Source of the DNA: Candidatus Brocadiia bacterium
GTDB taxonomy: Bacteria > Planctomycetota > Brocadiia > SM23-32
Direction: 5' to 3'
NCBI GenBank assembly: GCA_046538485.1
Contig: JBKHIT010000019.1
Coordinates: 11,116 to 75,115 of the forward strand
DNA length: 64,000 bases
The position numbers and the translations under genes were made by a program. Positions 1-8,405 of the stretch are shown here, piece after piece. Position 1 is the stretch's first letter. Each line of letters opens with the position of its first letter. The notes below the pieces were generated by a model. The model made no database searches. It was not told the origin of the DNA and saw only the letters and a program-made list of their open reading frames with translations.

Positions 1-1065
1 GTTGCCCATAGCTCCAGAAAACATTGCTTGCATAAGACCTTCAGCTTTAAGTTCATCGAGATTAGCCTGCAGGCTGAGAGCCAGATCGCTTCCAACAGCA
101 TTTACCTGGAGGGAATCCATCATGTCTTTGATTGTTTTGAACGCTTGTTTCTGCGTATCATTTTGGGCGTTTTTGATCATTTGAGAGATAGCAGGAGCGG
201 CCTGTTCAAGTTGAGTTTTGATCTGGTCAGCTGCTTCTCTGGCTTTGGTGGATTCCAGGAAGGTTACTTTTACCTCAACGTCCATGTTTGAACCGGCGAG
301 GTCAACGCGTCCGGCGGCTTGATCAATTCCTTGCGGCACTTTATTGACAGGGACTTTGCCGGACATGGTATTTTTCAGCGAGCGAATTTCTGTAGCCGCG
401 AAATGGATGGCAGAATTCTGATAAGGGGCGATGGTACTCTGGAGTTTGGAGGGCAGGCGTCCATCCCCTGCATCCTGACGCCTAATGAGCGATTCCAGAT
501 CTTGAGGTGTGCTCGCGAACAGGATCAGGTCATCTCCTTTAAGTGCGACGAATTCGTCCTGTGCGAGACGGTGGGCATTCAATTCCTCGACGGCGGTTGT
601 ATTTTCAGCAGCATCACTTAATGCCTGTTCCAGGGCCTGCGCGTCCGCGGTGTGGGTCGAGAGTCCCGTTAGGACAGATTCTCCGCCGCCGGTGCCTGGT
701 TGAGCAAAAATAACGGTTTCCCCGAGTTCTTCTGGTTCAATCGGGAGATTTTTCGTACCGGAAAGGGAAAATCCGGCGTTGCCTTGTTTAAAGATGCCCG
801 TAGCATTTATCTTTTGCATATCCATAACAACGATACCAATAGCATCGCTGGGTGCGGCGGCGAACAAACGCTTACGAGAGGCTCCAGCTCCTTCAATGTC
901 GTCGCCCGTGTCGAGCGGGGTTTCAATGTCTGGCTTGGGCTGCCAGGTTTTTTCTGTCGGTTGCTGTTTAAATTCATTGAGTTCTGTCAATGTTAGAATA
1001 AGCCCGACGATTACGAGCACACATGATGCTGACAGAACCCCTACCGTGAACCCGGTGCTTCTCAT
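1..1065 (-). CDS. hypothetical secreted or membrane-anchored protein; C-terminus runs off the window
   Basis: Absent from the ORF track because there is no stop inside the window. Reverse-strand reading from ATG at 1065-1063 gives MRSTGFTVGVLSASCVLVIVGLILTL... (hydrophobic N-terminal anchor) and stays open for 355 codons to position 1. The + strand ORFs here are short and mutually overlapping. Confidence 0.6.
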   Translation of the reverse strand, partial: MRSTGFTVGVLSASCVLVIVGLILTLTELNEFKQQPTEKTWQPKPDIETPLDTGDDIEGAGASRKRLFAAAPSDAIGIVVMDMQKINATGIFKQGNAGFSLSGTKNLPIEPEELGETVIFAQPGTGGGESVLTGLSTHTADAQALEQALSDAAENTTAVEELNAHRLAQDEFVALKGDDLILFASTPQDLESLIRRQDAGDGRLPSKLQSTIAPYQNSAIHFAATEIRSLKNTMSGKVPVNKVPQGIDQAAGRVDLAGSNMDVEVKVTFLESTKAREAADQIKTQLEQAAPAISQMIKNAQNDTQKQAFKTIKDMMDSLQVNAVGSDLALSLQANLDELKAEGLMQAMFSGAMGN

Positions 1066-1290
1066 TTTTGCCACCTTTCAGGAAAGGCGAGGAAAGTTTG
1101 AACTTCGATTATCCCATCCGTGCGGTATTTTAATAGCGGATGCTTCTCTATGCAAGCCGATTACAGAAGAAATTTTGGAATTTTAGGTGTGCTGAAATAA
1201 AGAGATGATTTCTTTGAATGTTCAGGGCGTTTGCCCGGACGGTGTATAAATTGATCGGTGCTGCGAAACTGTTAGTGAAAACGAGTTACC

Positions 1291-1320
1291 TTGACATCTG
1301 TCGGAGAGCTCACGTATAAT
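1291..1320 (+). promoter_or_regulatory. sigma70-type promoter candidate
   Basis: TTGACA (1291-1296), 18-nt spacer, TATAAT (1315-1320). Both hexamers are perfect consensus. It lies about 80 nt upstream of the 1403 ORF and aroC-like gene. Confidence 0.5.
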
Positions 1321-1402
1321 CCCGCAATCTGGAAGCACGCGGGAAGTTTCGGAAAGTGCTGGGTTTTATAAACCTCGCTCAAATATAGAAGGACAGGAGA
1401 CT

Positions 1403-1642
1403 ATGGAAGGATCCAAGAAAGTGCGCGTTCTGGAAGGTCTGGGATACTGCGCTGCAATTGCAGTGGCTGCCACGAATCTTATGCCGGTACCAGGGATTTA
1501 TACCGTTCTGGTTCTGACTGTTGGGATTATTATTCTGATCAGGTTGTTGGCTTCGCAAGCAGTTTCGATTGATGAAGAAGCCACAGGAGGGGAGGCCGAC
1601 CGCAAATCTGAAGTTGCGCGTGAAGAAGAAGTAACGAAATAG
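1403..1642 (+). CDS. small membrane protein, hypothetical (79 aa)
   Basis: ATG preceded by GGAG. There are two hydrophobic helices followed by an acidic tail. It sits between the consensus promoter and aroC. Confidence 0.5.
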   Translation: MEGSKKVRVLEGLGYCAAIAVAATNLMPVPGIYTVLVLTVGIIILIRLLASQAVSIDEEATGGEADRKSEVAREEEVTK

Positions 1643-1808
1643 CCTGAGCTTCTATACAGGAGTCTTGAAGTCCGGGGTTTTGGGGCGCGGCCGGTGGCAC
1701 TTGGTTTCATGGGGTTCGTGGTTTTTATTGTTAAACGGACGGCTGAAGTGTATGTTGGCACAATGAGTTCGTCGAACTAAAAGCGCAAAATAAGAAGGAG
1801 GGCTTGCT

Positions 1809-3137
1809 ATGCTTGGTTGCACCTATGGACGGATGTTTCGAGTGACTGTTGGTGGTGGTTCGTACGAAGGCGGTTTGTCGGTCAATATTCAAGGTGTGCC
1901 GCCCGGGCTGTACATAATGGAAGAGGAGATTTACAGCAATTTACTTCTCCGGAAGCCAGGCCAGGGCGAATTGGCTTCCCCGAGACGAGAGATGGATATT
2001 CCGGTTATATACAGCGGGGTTAACCCGGCGGATACGATGCCTGATGCCGATAACAAGGGTTATACGAACGGGACGCCATTTGTCATCTTAATCCCGAACG
2101 TAGATCGGCATTTTGAGCATATCAATGAATACCAGCGGACGAATCGAACCCCGCGTCCAGGCCATGCATCGTATGCAAGTTACCAGAAGTACGGAAAGTG
2201 GGATGATGCCATTGGGGCTGGGTTTTTCAGCGGACGCTACACGGCGACGCTGGTAGCCGCGGGGGCTATTGCCAAACGTGTCCTCCGAGAACACGGGATT
2301 GAGATTTGCGGATATGTGAAGGAGGCCGCGGGAGTCAGGGCCCCGGAGATGGGCCAGGAAGAGATTTTCAAACAGGTGGCTGCATATAAGGAAATGCGCC
2401 GTGAGTACGACCCGGTGCACACAATTGTGTATAAAGAAAAGCGGATCACTGAGGAAATGCGGTTCCTTGAAAAAATGAGTGTGCTGGCCGAGCTCGAGAA
2501 GGAAGTGCCGGAAATCAGCACCAGGGAGTTCAGTTCGGAGGAGGCCAGGGAGAAATACGGGGTCCATCCACGTTTGAATTGTCCCCATGTCGAGACGGCT
2601 GATGCTATGAACGAACGTATTATTGAAATACGTGATGAAGGGGATTCCAGCGGTGGTCTGGTGGAAGTTATTGTTGACGGCCTTCCGGCTGGGATGGGGG
2701 AGCCAGTTTTCGAGAAGCTGGAAGGCGAACTTGGTCGAATGATGAGTATTGGGTGTGTGAAAGCGGTCGAAAACGGCAGTGGTATGGCCGTCAAGGACAT
2801 GAAAGGTTCAGAATTTAACGATGAGATGCGGGTGGAAGATGATGAAGTTAAATTCCTTTCGAATAACGCCGGTGGTATAACCGGAGGACTCACAACCGGT
2901 GAGCCTGTGGTGGTGCGTCTGGCGGTGAAACCGACTCCCACAATCGGGAAGCCGCAACGAACCATCGATAAAGTTTCGCTGGAAAACAAAAACCTGGAGG
3001 CCATTACCCGGCGTGACCCAACCGTTGTGGCCCGCGTCTGGCCTGTGGCCGAAGCTCTTACGGCGCTGATTATCCTCGATAAGTACGTCCAGCATCTTGG
3101 GTACAGGGCACTGGCGAAATTTGACCTGCCAACGTAA
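1809..3137 (+). CDS. aroC: chorismate synthase, divergent long form (442 aa)
   Basis: Strong SD (AGGAGG). AroC blocks seen: FRVT..G.S..G, RPGHASY, DSSGGLVEVIVDGLPAGMGEPVF, NNAGGITGGLTTGEP, LAVKPTPTI, RRDPTVVARVWPVAEAL. Confidence 0.8.
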   Translation: MLGCTYGRMFRVTVGGGSYEGGLSVNIQGVPPGLYIMEEEIYSNLLLRKPGQGELASPRREMDIPVIYSGVNPADTMPDADNKGYTNGTPFVILIPNVDRHFEHINEYQRTNRTPRPGHASYASYQKYGKWDDAIGAGFFSGRYTATLVAAGAIAKRVLREHGIEICGYVKEAAGVRAPEMGQEEIFKQVAAYKEMRREYDPVHTIVYKEKRITEEMRFLEKMSVLAELEKEVPEISTREFSSEEAREKYGVHPRLNCPHVETADAMNERIIEIRDEGDSSGGLVEVIVDGLPAGMGEPVFEKLEGELGRMMSIGCVKAVENGSGMAVKDMKGSEFNDEMRVEDDEVKFLSNNAGGITGGLTTGEPVVVRLAVKPTPTIGKPQRTIDKVSLENKNLEAITRRDPTVVARVWPVAEALTALIILDKYVQHLGYRALAKFDLPT

Positions 3138-3147
3138 TTTTCTGTTG

Positions 3148-3184
3148 CCTGGCTGGTGGTCCGTTCCACCAGCCGGGATTTTTG
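3148..3184 (+). terminator. rho-independent terminator candidate after aroC
   Basis: Stem cctggctggtgg (3148-3159) / ccaccagccggg (3166-3177) with one mismatch, loop tccgtt, then ATTTTTG. Confidence 0.6.
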
Positions 3185-3273
3185 ACTGTGAAGGGTTATG
3201 AACGCTGTTCAACAAAGAGTCTACCCGGATTTGGCAAGAATGGCTTCCAATTATCCGTAAAATCCGGGTTGGA
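3171..3273 (+). repeat. intergenic repeat family, copy A (3' ~100 nt of the element)
   Basis: Shares gaagggttatgaacgSTgttca ... atttggYa ... ttccaattatccgtaaaatccgggYtgga with copies at 30136-30285 and 49675-49826. Confidence 0.8.
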
Positions 3274-3359
3274 CGATTTGAAGATTTTCTTGAGCAGGCG
3301 CACAGCAACTGGCAATGCTCGACGTGCGAAATTTTTAATGAGTGGGGTGCGGTGAAGAT

Positions 3360-4166
3360 ATGGAATTAATCGAACTTTCACTGGTGCAATGGCTTGCTGT
3401 CGGGGGGGCTGCTTTGCTGGTCGGCTTGACAAAAGCCGGATTTGGTGCAGGAGCCGGGATACTCGCTGTCCCGTTGATGGCGGTTGCTCTCGGGGGTTCA
3501 GAAGCGATGTTACCCGTTATGCTTCCAGTTTTGATATGCGGGGACATCTTCTCTATTATTCATTATCCCAACGAACGGAATGTACGCAATCTCAAAATTC
3601 TCATCCCCGGAATGGTGATCGGAGTCGGTTTGGGATGGGGACTTCTTTTGTGGCTGAAACAACGAGTAGCAGAAGGCGGGACAGAGCATGCTTCTTTGAG
3701 CGGTTATCTCGATCCGATCGTCGGTGGAGTTTGCCTGATTTTTGTCGGCGTTCAGCTGTGGCGCTACTTTCGTGAGTGGCGTCTCACGGAACGTGCAGAA
3801 CCATATAAACCAGAAAACTGGCAGGGATGGGTCGTGGGAGGTGTCGCAGGTGCTACGTCAACACTTGCGCATGCTGCCGGGTCCTTGATCGCGCTCTTTC
3901 TGTTACCTCAGAAGCTGGACAAAAGGATATATGTAGGCACGGCCGTGACGTATTTCTTTTTCGGCAACCTGATAAAATTTGTGCCGTACGGGTTTCTGGG
4001 GATGTTTACCCTGAAAACATTGTTGACGAGCCTGGCTTTGTTTCCGGTGGTAGTCCTTGGCACGCTGATTGGGGTAGCTTTGAACCGGCGGCTGAGCGGA
4101 AGGGTGTTCGTGTTGTTTATTTACTTTTGCACGCTGCTTATGGGGATTAAGCTGCTTATCGGTTAA
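3360..4166 (+). CDS. TSUP (TauE/SafE, DUF81) family anion exporter-like membrane protein
   Basis: Multi-pass hydrophobic protein with LLVGLTKAGFGAGAGILAVPLM and a second repeat half, typical of TauE/SafE. ATG at 3360 is preferred; an in-frame GTG at 3342 is possible. Confidence 0.75.
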   Translation: MELIELSLVQWLAVGGAALLVGLTKAGFGAGAGILAVPLMAVALGGSEAMLPVMLPVLICGDIFSIIHYPNERNVRNLKILIPGMVIGVGLGWGLLLWLKQRVAEGGTEHASLSGYLDPIVGGVCLIFVGVQLWRYFREWRLTERAEPYKPENWQGWVVGGVAGATSTLAHAAGSLIALFLLPQKLDKRIYVGTAVTYFFFGNLIKFVPYGFLGMFTLKTLLTSLALFPVVVLGTLIGVALNRRLSGRVFVLFIYFCTLLMGIKLLIG

Positions 4167-4176
4167 ATGGGCCATT

Positions 4177-4557
4177 TCAATGGAACGAACGCCCGGAAAA
4201 TCGCTCGATCAGTTTGCACAGCTTTTCCCAATCTGGGGGATATTCTTCAGAACCCTGCCATTTGCGCAGAGTGCCATTCCACTCTAAGAGCACCATCCAG
4301 CTTCCGGGTTCCAGACTATTGCCCTTCCCGTAACGCTTTTCCCAGTCTTCGAGGCCAAGAGCCCCCACCTGTCCCAAAAATCGATTTGCTTCCCGGGGCC
4401 CGCATTGTATTTGATCGGCAGAGGAGGTGTCAGCTCGTTCTGTGGCCGTTGTGAAAAATACCGCGAGATTTTCAGTAACGACCAGTTCGCGGCGAATGTT
4501 TTCGCTATCAGTGTAACTGGCCGCGAATATTATGTTGTCGTGTTGAGTGTGTTTCAT
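4177..4557 (-). CDS. hypothetical protein (126 aa)
   Basis: Its start overlaps the stop of the upstream gene by 4 nt, which suggests translational coupling. No motif recognised. Confidence 0.5.
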   Translation of the reverse strand: MKHTQHDNIIFAASYTDSENIRRELVVTENLAVFFTTATERADTSSADQIQCGPREANRFLGQVGALGLEDWEKRYGKGNSLEPGSWMVLLEWNGTLRKWQGSEEYPPDWEKLCKLIERFSGRSFH

Positions 4558-5045
4558 GAATTGGAGGCCTCGGGCGTAGCGGCGTCGATACGATTGCGTA
4601 GAAAAGCGGCCAATACTTCGGGTTTGTCGGAGCCGATGTTAATCACGCGGAATCGAAAGAAACCATGTGGATCGCGAAGATGAACCTGAACGCATTGTTT
4701 GCCGGCAATGTGCCACGTGACCGACTTTCCAGGCATACCATGTATACCCCACTTGCTGAGGATTCCCGGGTCATTGATTTCCACTGATTCCATTTCTTTG
4801 TATAAAACGCGTGTTCGGAAGAAACGGAGTGGTCCAAACGCGATCTCAACCCCATGATTATTGCCCCTGACGTGGAGATGCACGAAACCTCCTGCAAGGA
4901 TGAAAAATAATGCAGCTGTGCCCAAAAGAACAATGTACTCAGCGCCAGCGGGTCCGCTGAGAAGGGCGGCGGCTGCGCAGCCTGCACCGGTTAAACCAAG
5001 GAGATAATGCAGCCGTCCGTATTGTTTGTGGTCGTAGTTTTGCAT
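4554..5045 (-). CDS. membrane protein, two N-terminal TM helices plus a small soluble domain, hypothetical
   Basis: Two hydrophobic helices (LLGLTGAGCAAAALL, IVLLGTAALFFILAGGF) followed by a beta-rich region. It lies 15 nt downstream of the SGNH gene on the same strand. Confidence 0.6.
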   Translation of the reverse strand: MQNYDHKQYGRLHYLLGLTGAGCAAAALLSGPAGAEYIVLLGTAALFFILAGGFVHLHVRGNNHGVEIAFGPLRFFRTRVLYKEMESVEINDPGILSKWGIHGMPGKSVTWHIAGKQCVQVHLRDPHGFFRFRVINIGSDKPEVLAAFLRNRIDAATPEASNS

Positions 5046-5060
5046 CAGGAAACTAAAAAA

Positions 5061-5645
5061 TCAGTCTTCGGCTGCCCGAAGGACGGCCTGACTGACGGCT
5101 TCGGCAAGAATTGTATTACCGCGGTCATTCATATGAACGCCGTCTTCCGATAGAAGCGGCGATCTTCCGCTTGCCTGAACAACATTGTAGAGGTCATTTA
5201 CGCGGACGCCGTGGCTTTCAACGACTTTTAACGCTGCCTGGTTATAGCGAATGACGTCTTGCTGGTGGCGCTCGAAAGATTTTACACGCTGGTGGCGCTG
5301 ATCGATGACGGGAGTGGTGGTTGCCCATATAAAAATGCCAGCGAAATCCTCGGTTAAAATATCGATGATTCCGTGAACATTGTGCACATATTCTTCGAGG
5401 GGCACCTGGTAATCATTATCGACGATTCGCAGGTCATGCAGGCCACAATTAACGTGCGCGACGTCGGGATCTTTTTTTACCACCCACTCACGGATATTAT
5501 TCAGTACTCGACGACTATCACCACCGTTTTCCTCAGGCCCGAGTATGTTGATCTGCCCTTCCAGCTCGGAAGCCACGAGTGGCTGATAAGCCATCCGGAT
5601 AGAATCACCGACGAGAACCGCTTTTTTAAGGGATGGAGGGGCCAT
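5061..5645 (-). CDS. SGNH/GDSL-family hydrolase
   Basis: Block I VLVGDSI, block III GLHD, block V DGVHMNDRGN (D-x-x-H). Confidence 0.8.
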   Translation of the reverse strand: MAPPSLKKAVLVGDSIRMAYQPLVASELEGQINILGPEENGGDSRRVLNNIREWVVKKDPDVAHVNCGLHDLRIVDNDYQVPLEEYVHNVHGIIDILTEDFAGIFIWATTTPVIDQRHQRVKSFERHQQDVIRYNQAALKVVESHGVRVNDLYNVVQASGRSPLLSEDGVHMNDRGNTILAEAVSQAVLRAAED

Positions 5646-5658
5646 AAAAGTCTCGATT

Positions 5659-6231
5659 TCAGGTTTGAAGGAGAGGGAAATGCTCGACTGTCGTGTACAC
5701 CGGGCCTTGTTGTGTCAGGTCGCTCTTTACAAGATCAAATTTTTCAACCTCCGTGGTGCCGAATGTGAGATCGGAAAGGAGTTCGGTAAGTTCTTCGACA
5801 GGCGGGCATTTTTTCCCTCTACGGGTTCGTGCGATAGTAACATGCGGCACAAAATTGCGTTTCTCGCGTTTAATCCCCAGAGCACTCCCCAGATTGTGGT
5901 CGACTTTTTCTGCGAGTTTTTGCAAATGGGCAGAGTCTTCCTGAATACATGCGAAGAGCACACGGGGGCGATCGGGTTCAGGGAACGCGGAGATCCCGTG
6001 CATTTCCATGCGGAATTGGGGGGCCTTAGCGGCCGTTTTTTGGAGAACGCGGGTTGCCTCCGGGATCGTGTTGTCTGGCACACTGCCGATGAACTTGAGA
6101 GTGAGATGCATGTTTTGTGGGGCGACCCACTTTAGCTCAGGCGCGCATTTTTTCATTGTTTCGACGGCCTGTGAAAGGTTTTGCCGAGATTGTTCACTGA
6201 TGTCGATCGCGACAAAAAGGCGGACGCTCAT
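5659..6231 (-). CDS. thpR: RNA 2',3'-cyclic phosphodiesterase (2H phosphoesterase, ThpR/LigT)
   Basis: Two H-x-T-x motifs (MHLTLKF, PHVTIAR) in a ~190 aa protein. ATGA overlap with the metG stop. Confidence 0.85.
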   Translation of the reverse strand: MSVRLFVAIDISEQSRQNLSQAVETMKKCAPELKWVAPQNMHLTLKFIGSVPDNTIPEATRVLQKTAAKAPQFRMEMHGISAFPEPDRPRVLFACIQEDSAHLQKLAEKVDHNLGSALGIKREKRNFVPHVTIARTRRGKKCPPVEELTELLSDLTFGTTEVEKFDLVKSDLTQQGPVYTTVEHFPLLQT

Positions 6232-7913
6232 TGGTCAAGTCCTTCAAGGTTTTCGGGTATGTCAAGTTTTTCGAAAAGGATTTCGGGTTCGGCGAGCCCC
6301 CGCGACTCGGGCAATGGAGTCGTGGCTTTGTCCCATGTCAGTTCGTGCGGCGCGCAGCCCAGCATTTCATTGAGGCGGGCGGCAGCAAAAGGGAGAAAAG
6401 GTTCAACTGTTACTGTCAGCACCTTGATTGTATTCAGCAAGACATTAACGACGGTGCCGCAACGTTCCATATCCTCTTTTCGTAGAACCCAGGGCTCCTG
6501 GTGATCGAAATAACGGTTAGTTTGCTTGGCCGCCTTCATAAACTCTTCAAGAGCGGCCTTAAAACTGTATTCTTCGATTTGGTCCGCAATTGCATCCGGG
6601 AGGGCACGAATCATTTCCAGCTGTTCTGTGTCATCATCAGTAAGGTCGTCGCGTTCCGGAACGTGCCCATCGAAGTATTTGTGGGTGAAAGTCATCGTGC
6701 GATGCACAAGATTGCCAAAATTGGCCACGAGTTCTTCGTTATTGCGACTTATCAGGTCCTTGAATTGAAACGCTGTTCGCTGATCCTCAGGCGCAATCAT
6801 TGTGAGGTAATAGCGGAGGGGGTCGGGGTCATATTCGCGAAGGTAATCCTCAATCCAGACGGCAGTGCCCCGGCTAGTCGACATTTTTTGCTCTTCTTCA
6901 CCGGGGAACTGGATATTCAGGAAGCAGTTAGCCGGGACTTGATGAGGCAGCTGGAAATTGCCTTCGGCCATGAGCATGGCCGGCCACATCAGCGCATGGA
7001 ACACGACATTATCTTCGCCGATGAAATGTACGATACGCGTCTCCGGGTCTTCCCACCAGTCGCGGTAGTCTTCGGCGCTTCCTCCCTGTTGTTCACACCA
7101 TTCGGCAGTAAAGGAGACATAGCCAATGGGGGCGTCAAACCAGACGTAGAGGACTTTACCTTCCGCATCGGGATCGTCTTCAAGTGGAACAGGGATGCCC
7201 CAATCGAGGTCTCTGGTGATGGCGCGGTCGGGCAGACCCGATTCGAGGAGACCGCGTGTGAAATTGCGAACCATGGGGCGCCAGTCATCTTTGGAAGTCA
7301 GCCATTCTTTTAAGGGTTGTTCGAATTTGGAGAGGCGGAAGAACCAGTGGACCGTTTCGCGGACTTCCGGCTCGGCGCCGGAAATCACGCTATGCGCATC
7401 TTTGAGAAGTATAGGGTTAATCGGTTTGCCACATGCCTCGCACTGATCTCCCCGTGCGCCAGTCGCCCCGCAGTGGTGGCATATACCTTCAACGTAGCGA
7501 TCTGGCAAAAACATCTGTTCTTCAGGATCATAGAGTTGTTTTTGCGTGCGTTTTTCAAGGTAGCCATTCTCTTCGACAGTTTTGAAAAACTGCTGCGCGA
7601 AACGGGTATGTATTGGTTTGTTGGTACCACTGTAAATATCAAAGTCAATGCCGAGGCCATCGAAATCTGCTTTCTGAAGTGATCGGTAACGTTCATTGAC
7701 CTCGTGTGGTTGTTTATCTTCTTTTCGGGCGGTGAGGGCAACGGGCACACCGTAATCGTCACTTCCGCAGATGAAAGCTACTTCGTCGCCGACACTACGG
7801 AGGTATCGAACGTAGATATCCGCCGGCAGATAACAGCCGGCAATATGCCCCACGTGCAGGCGTCCATTGGAGTAGGGCAAGGCTGCTGTGACAGTGAAAC
7901 GTCGGTCGGCCAT
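6228..7913 (-). CDS. metG: methionine--tRNA ligase
   Basis: ALPYSNGRLHVGHIAG (HIGH-type), a CHHC...C..C zinc knuckle, and KMSTSRG (KMSKS). Confidence 0.95.
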   Translation of the reverse strand: MADRRFTVTAALPYSNGRLHVGHIAGCYLPADIYVRYLRSVGDEVAFICGSDDYGVPVALTARKEDKQPHEVNERYRSLQKADFDGLGIDFDIYSGTNKPIHTRFAQQFFKTVEENGYLEKRTQKQLYDPEEQMFLPDRYVEGICHHCGATGARGDQCEACGKPINPILLKDAHSVISGAEPEVRETVHWFFRLSKFEQPLKEWLTSKDDWRPMVRNFTRGLLESGLPDRAITRDLDWGIPVPLEDDPDAEGKVLYVWFDAPIGYVSFTAEWCEQQGGSAEDYRDWWEDPETRIVHFIGEDNVVFHALMWPAMLMAEGNFQLPHQVPANCFLNIQFPGEEEQKMSTSRGTAVWIEDYLREYDPDPLRYYLTMIAPEDQRTAFQFKDLISRNNEELVANFGNLVHRTMTFTHKYFDGHVPERDDLTDDDTEQLEMIRALPDAIADQIEEYSFKAALEEFMKAAKQTNRYFDHQEPWVLRKEDMERCGTVVNVLLNTIKVLTVTVEPFLPFAAARLNEMLGCAPHELTWDKATTPLPESRGLAEPEILFEKLDIPENLEGLDQ

Positions 7914-7986
7914 GACTATATCCAGATTTAAGGTAAGAGAGATTGAGCCAATCTAAGATTCTGCCCTGACTTGACAAAAAGGGCGT

Positions 7987-8013
7987 CCAATTATCCGTAA
8001 AATCCGGGCTGGA
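7987..8013 (+). repeat. intergenic repeat family, isolated 27-nt core (copy B)
   Basis: ccaattatccgtaaaatccgggctgga is identical to the 3' core of copy C. Confidence 0.7.
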
Positions 8014-8220
8014 GCCCGCGAATTTAAAAAAATCAGAAACACTGAACTCAGGAATTCGTGCGGGGATAGTTTTGGCGACCTCATCCCGTCTGAACTGATA
8101 TTCAAGCCCAAACTACCATTATGAAGGTACTATAACAGGAGAAATGGATTCGGGCAACTGAGCCTGGTGGGGTCTCGTCAAGCGCAGCCCAGATAAATTT
8201 GTGTCATTATTTGACAAATA

Positions 8221-8235
8221 TGGCACGTTTCTTGC
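8221..8235 (+). promoter_or_regulatory. sigma54 (-24/-12) promoter candidate
   Basis: TGGCACG-TTTC-TTGC matches TGGCAC-N5-TTGC exactly, about 170 nt upstream of the 8406 start on the same strand. Confidence 0.4.
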
Positions 8236-8405
8236 GCTATATTACTTCAGTAAAACAATGGAGTCCTCATGGACCGCAAACGATGCTTAAGGGTGTTCGG
8301 GATAAGCCCGGAGGCAAAAGGCGGTGGTTCAGAATGAAACACTGCCCGGTTCGCGGTTCCACAAATGAGTAAGATCATTGTTTTAGAATAAATTGGAGGT
8401 GCAGG

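Noticed and set aside
2237-3169. Long antisense or alternative-frame ORFs inside well-supported genes. Examples: 2237-3169 in aroC; 6501-7313 in metG; 21960-22676 and 24141-24767 in purL; 25747-26400 in pheT; 51910-52662 and 52097-52927 in the 51295 sulfatase; 53408-54190 and 54227-55234 in nagB; 60279-61079 and 60530-61213 in the 59679 sulfatase; 61594-62544 in A2M.
   Set aside because: Each overlaps a gene with strong family motifs on the other strand or frame, and the translations are Arg/Ser/Pro-rich with no recognisable motif.
8211-8243. A sigma70 promoter reading of TTGACA (8211) plus TATATT (8238).
   Set aside because: The spacer would be 21 nt, which is too long. The embedded TGGCAC-N5-TTGC element fits sigma54 better.
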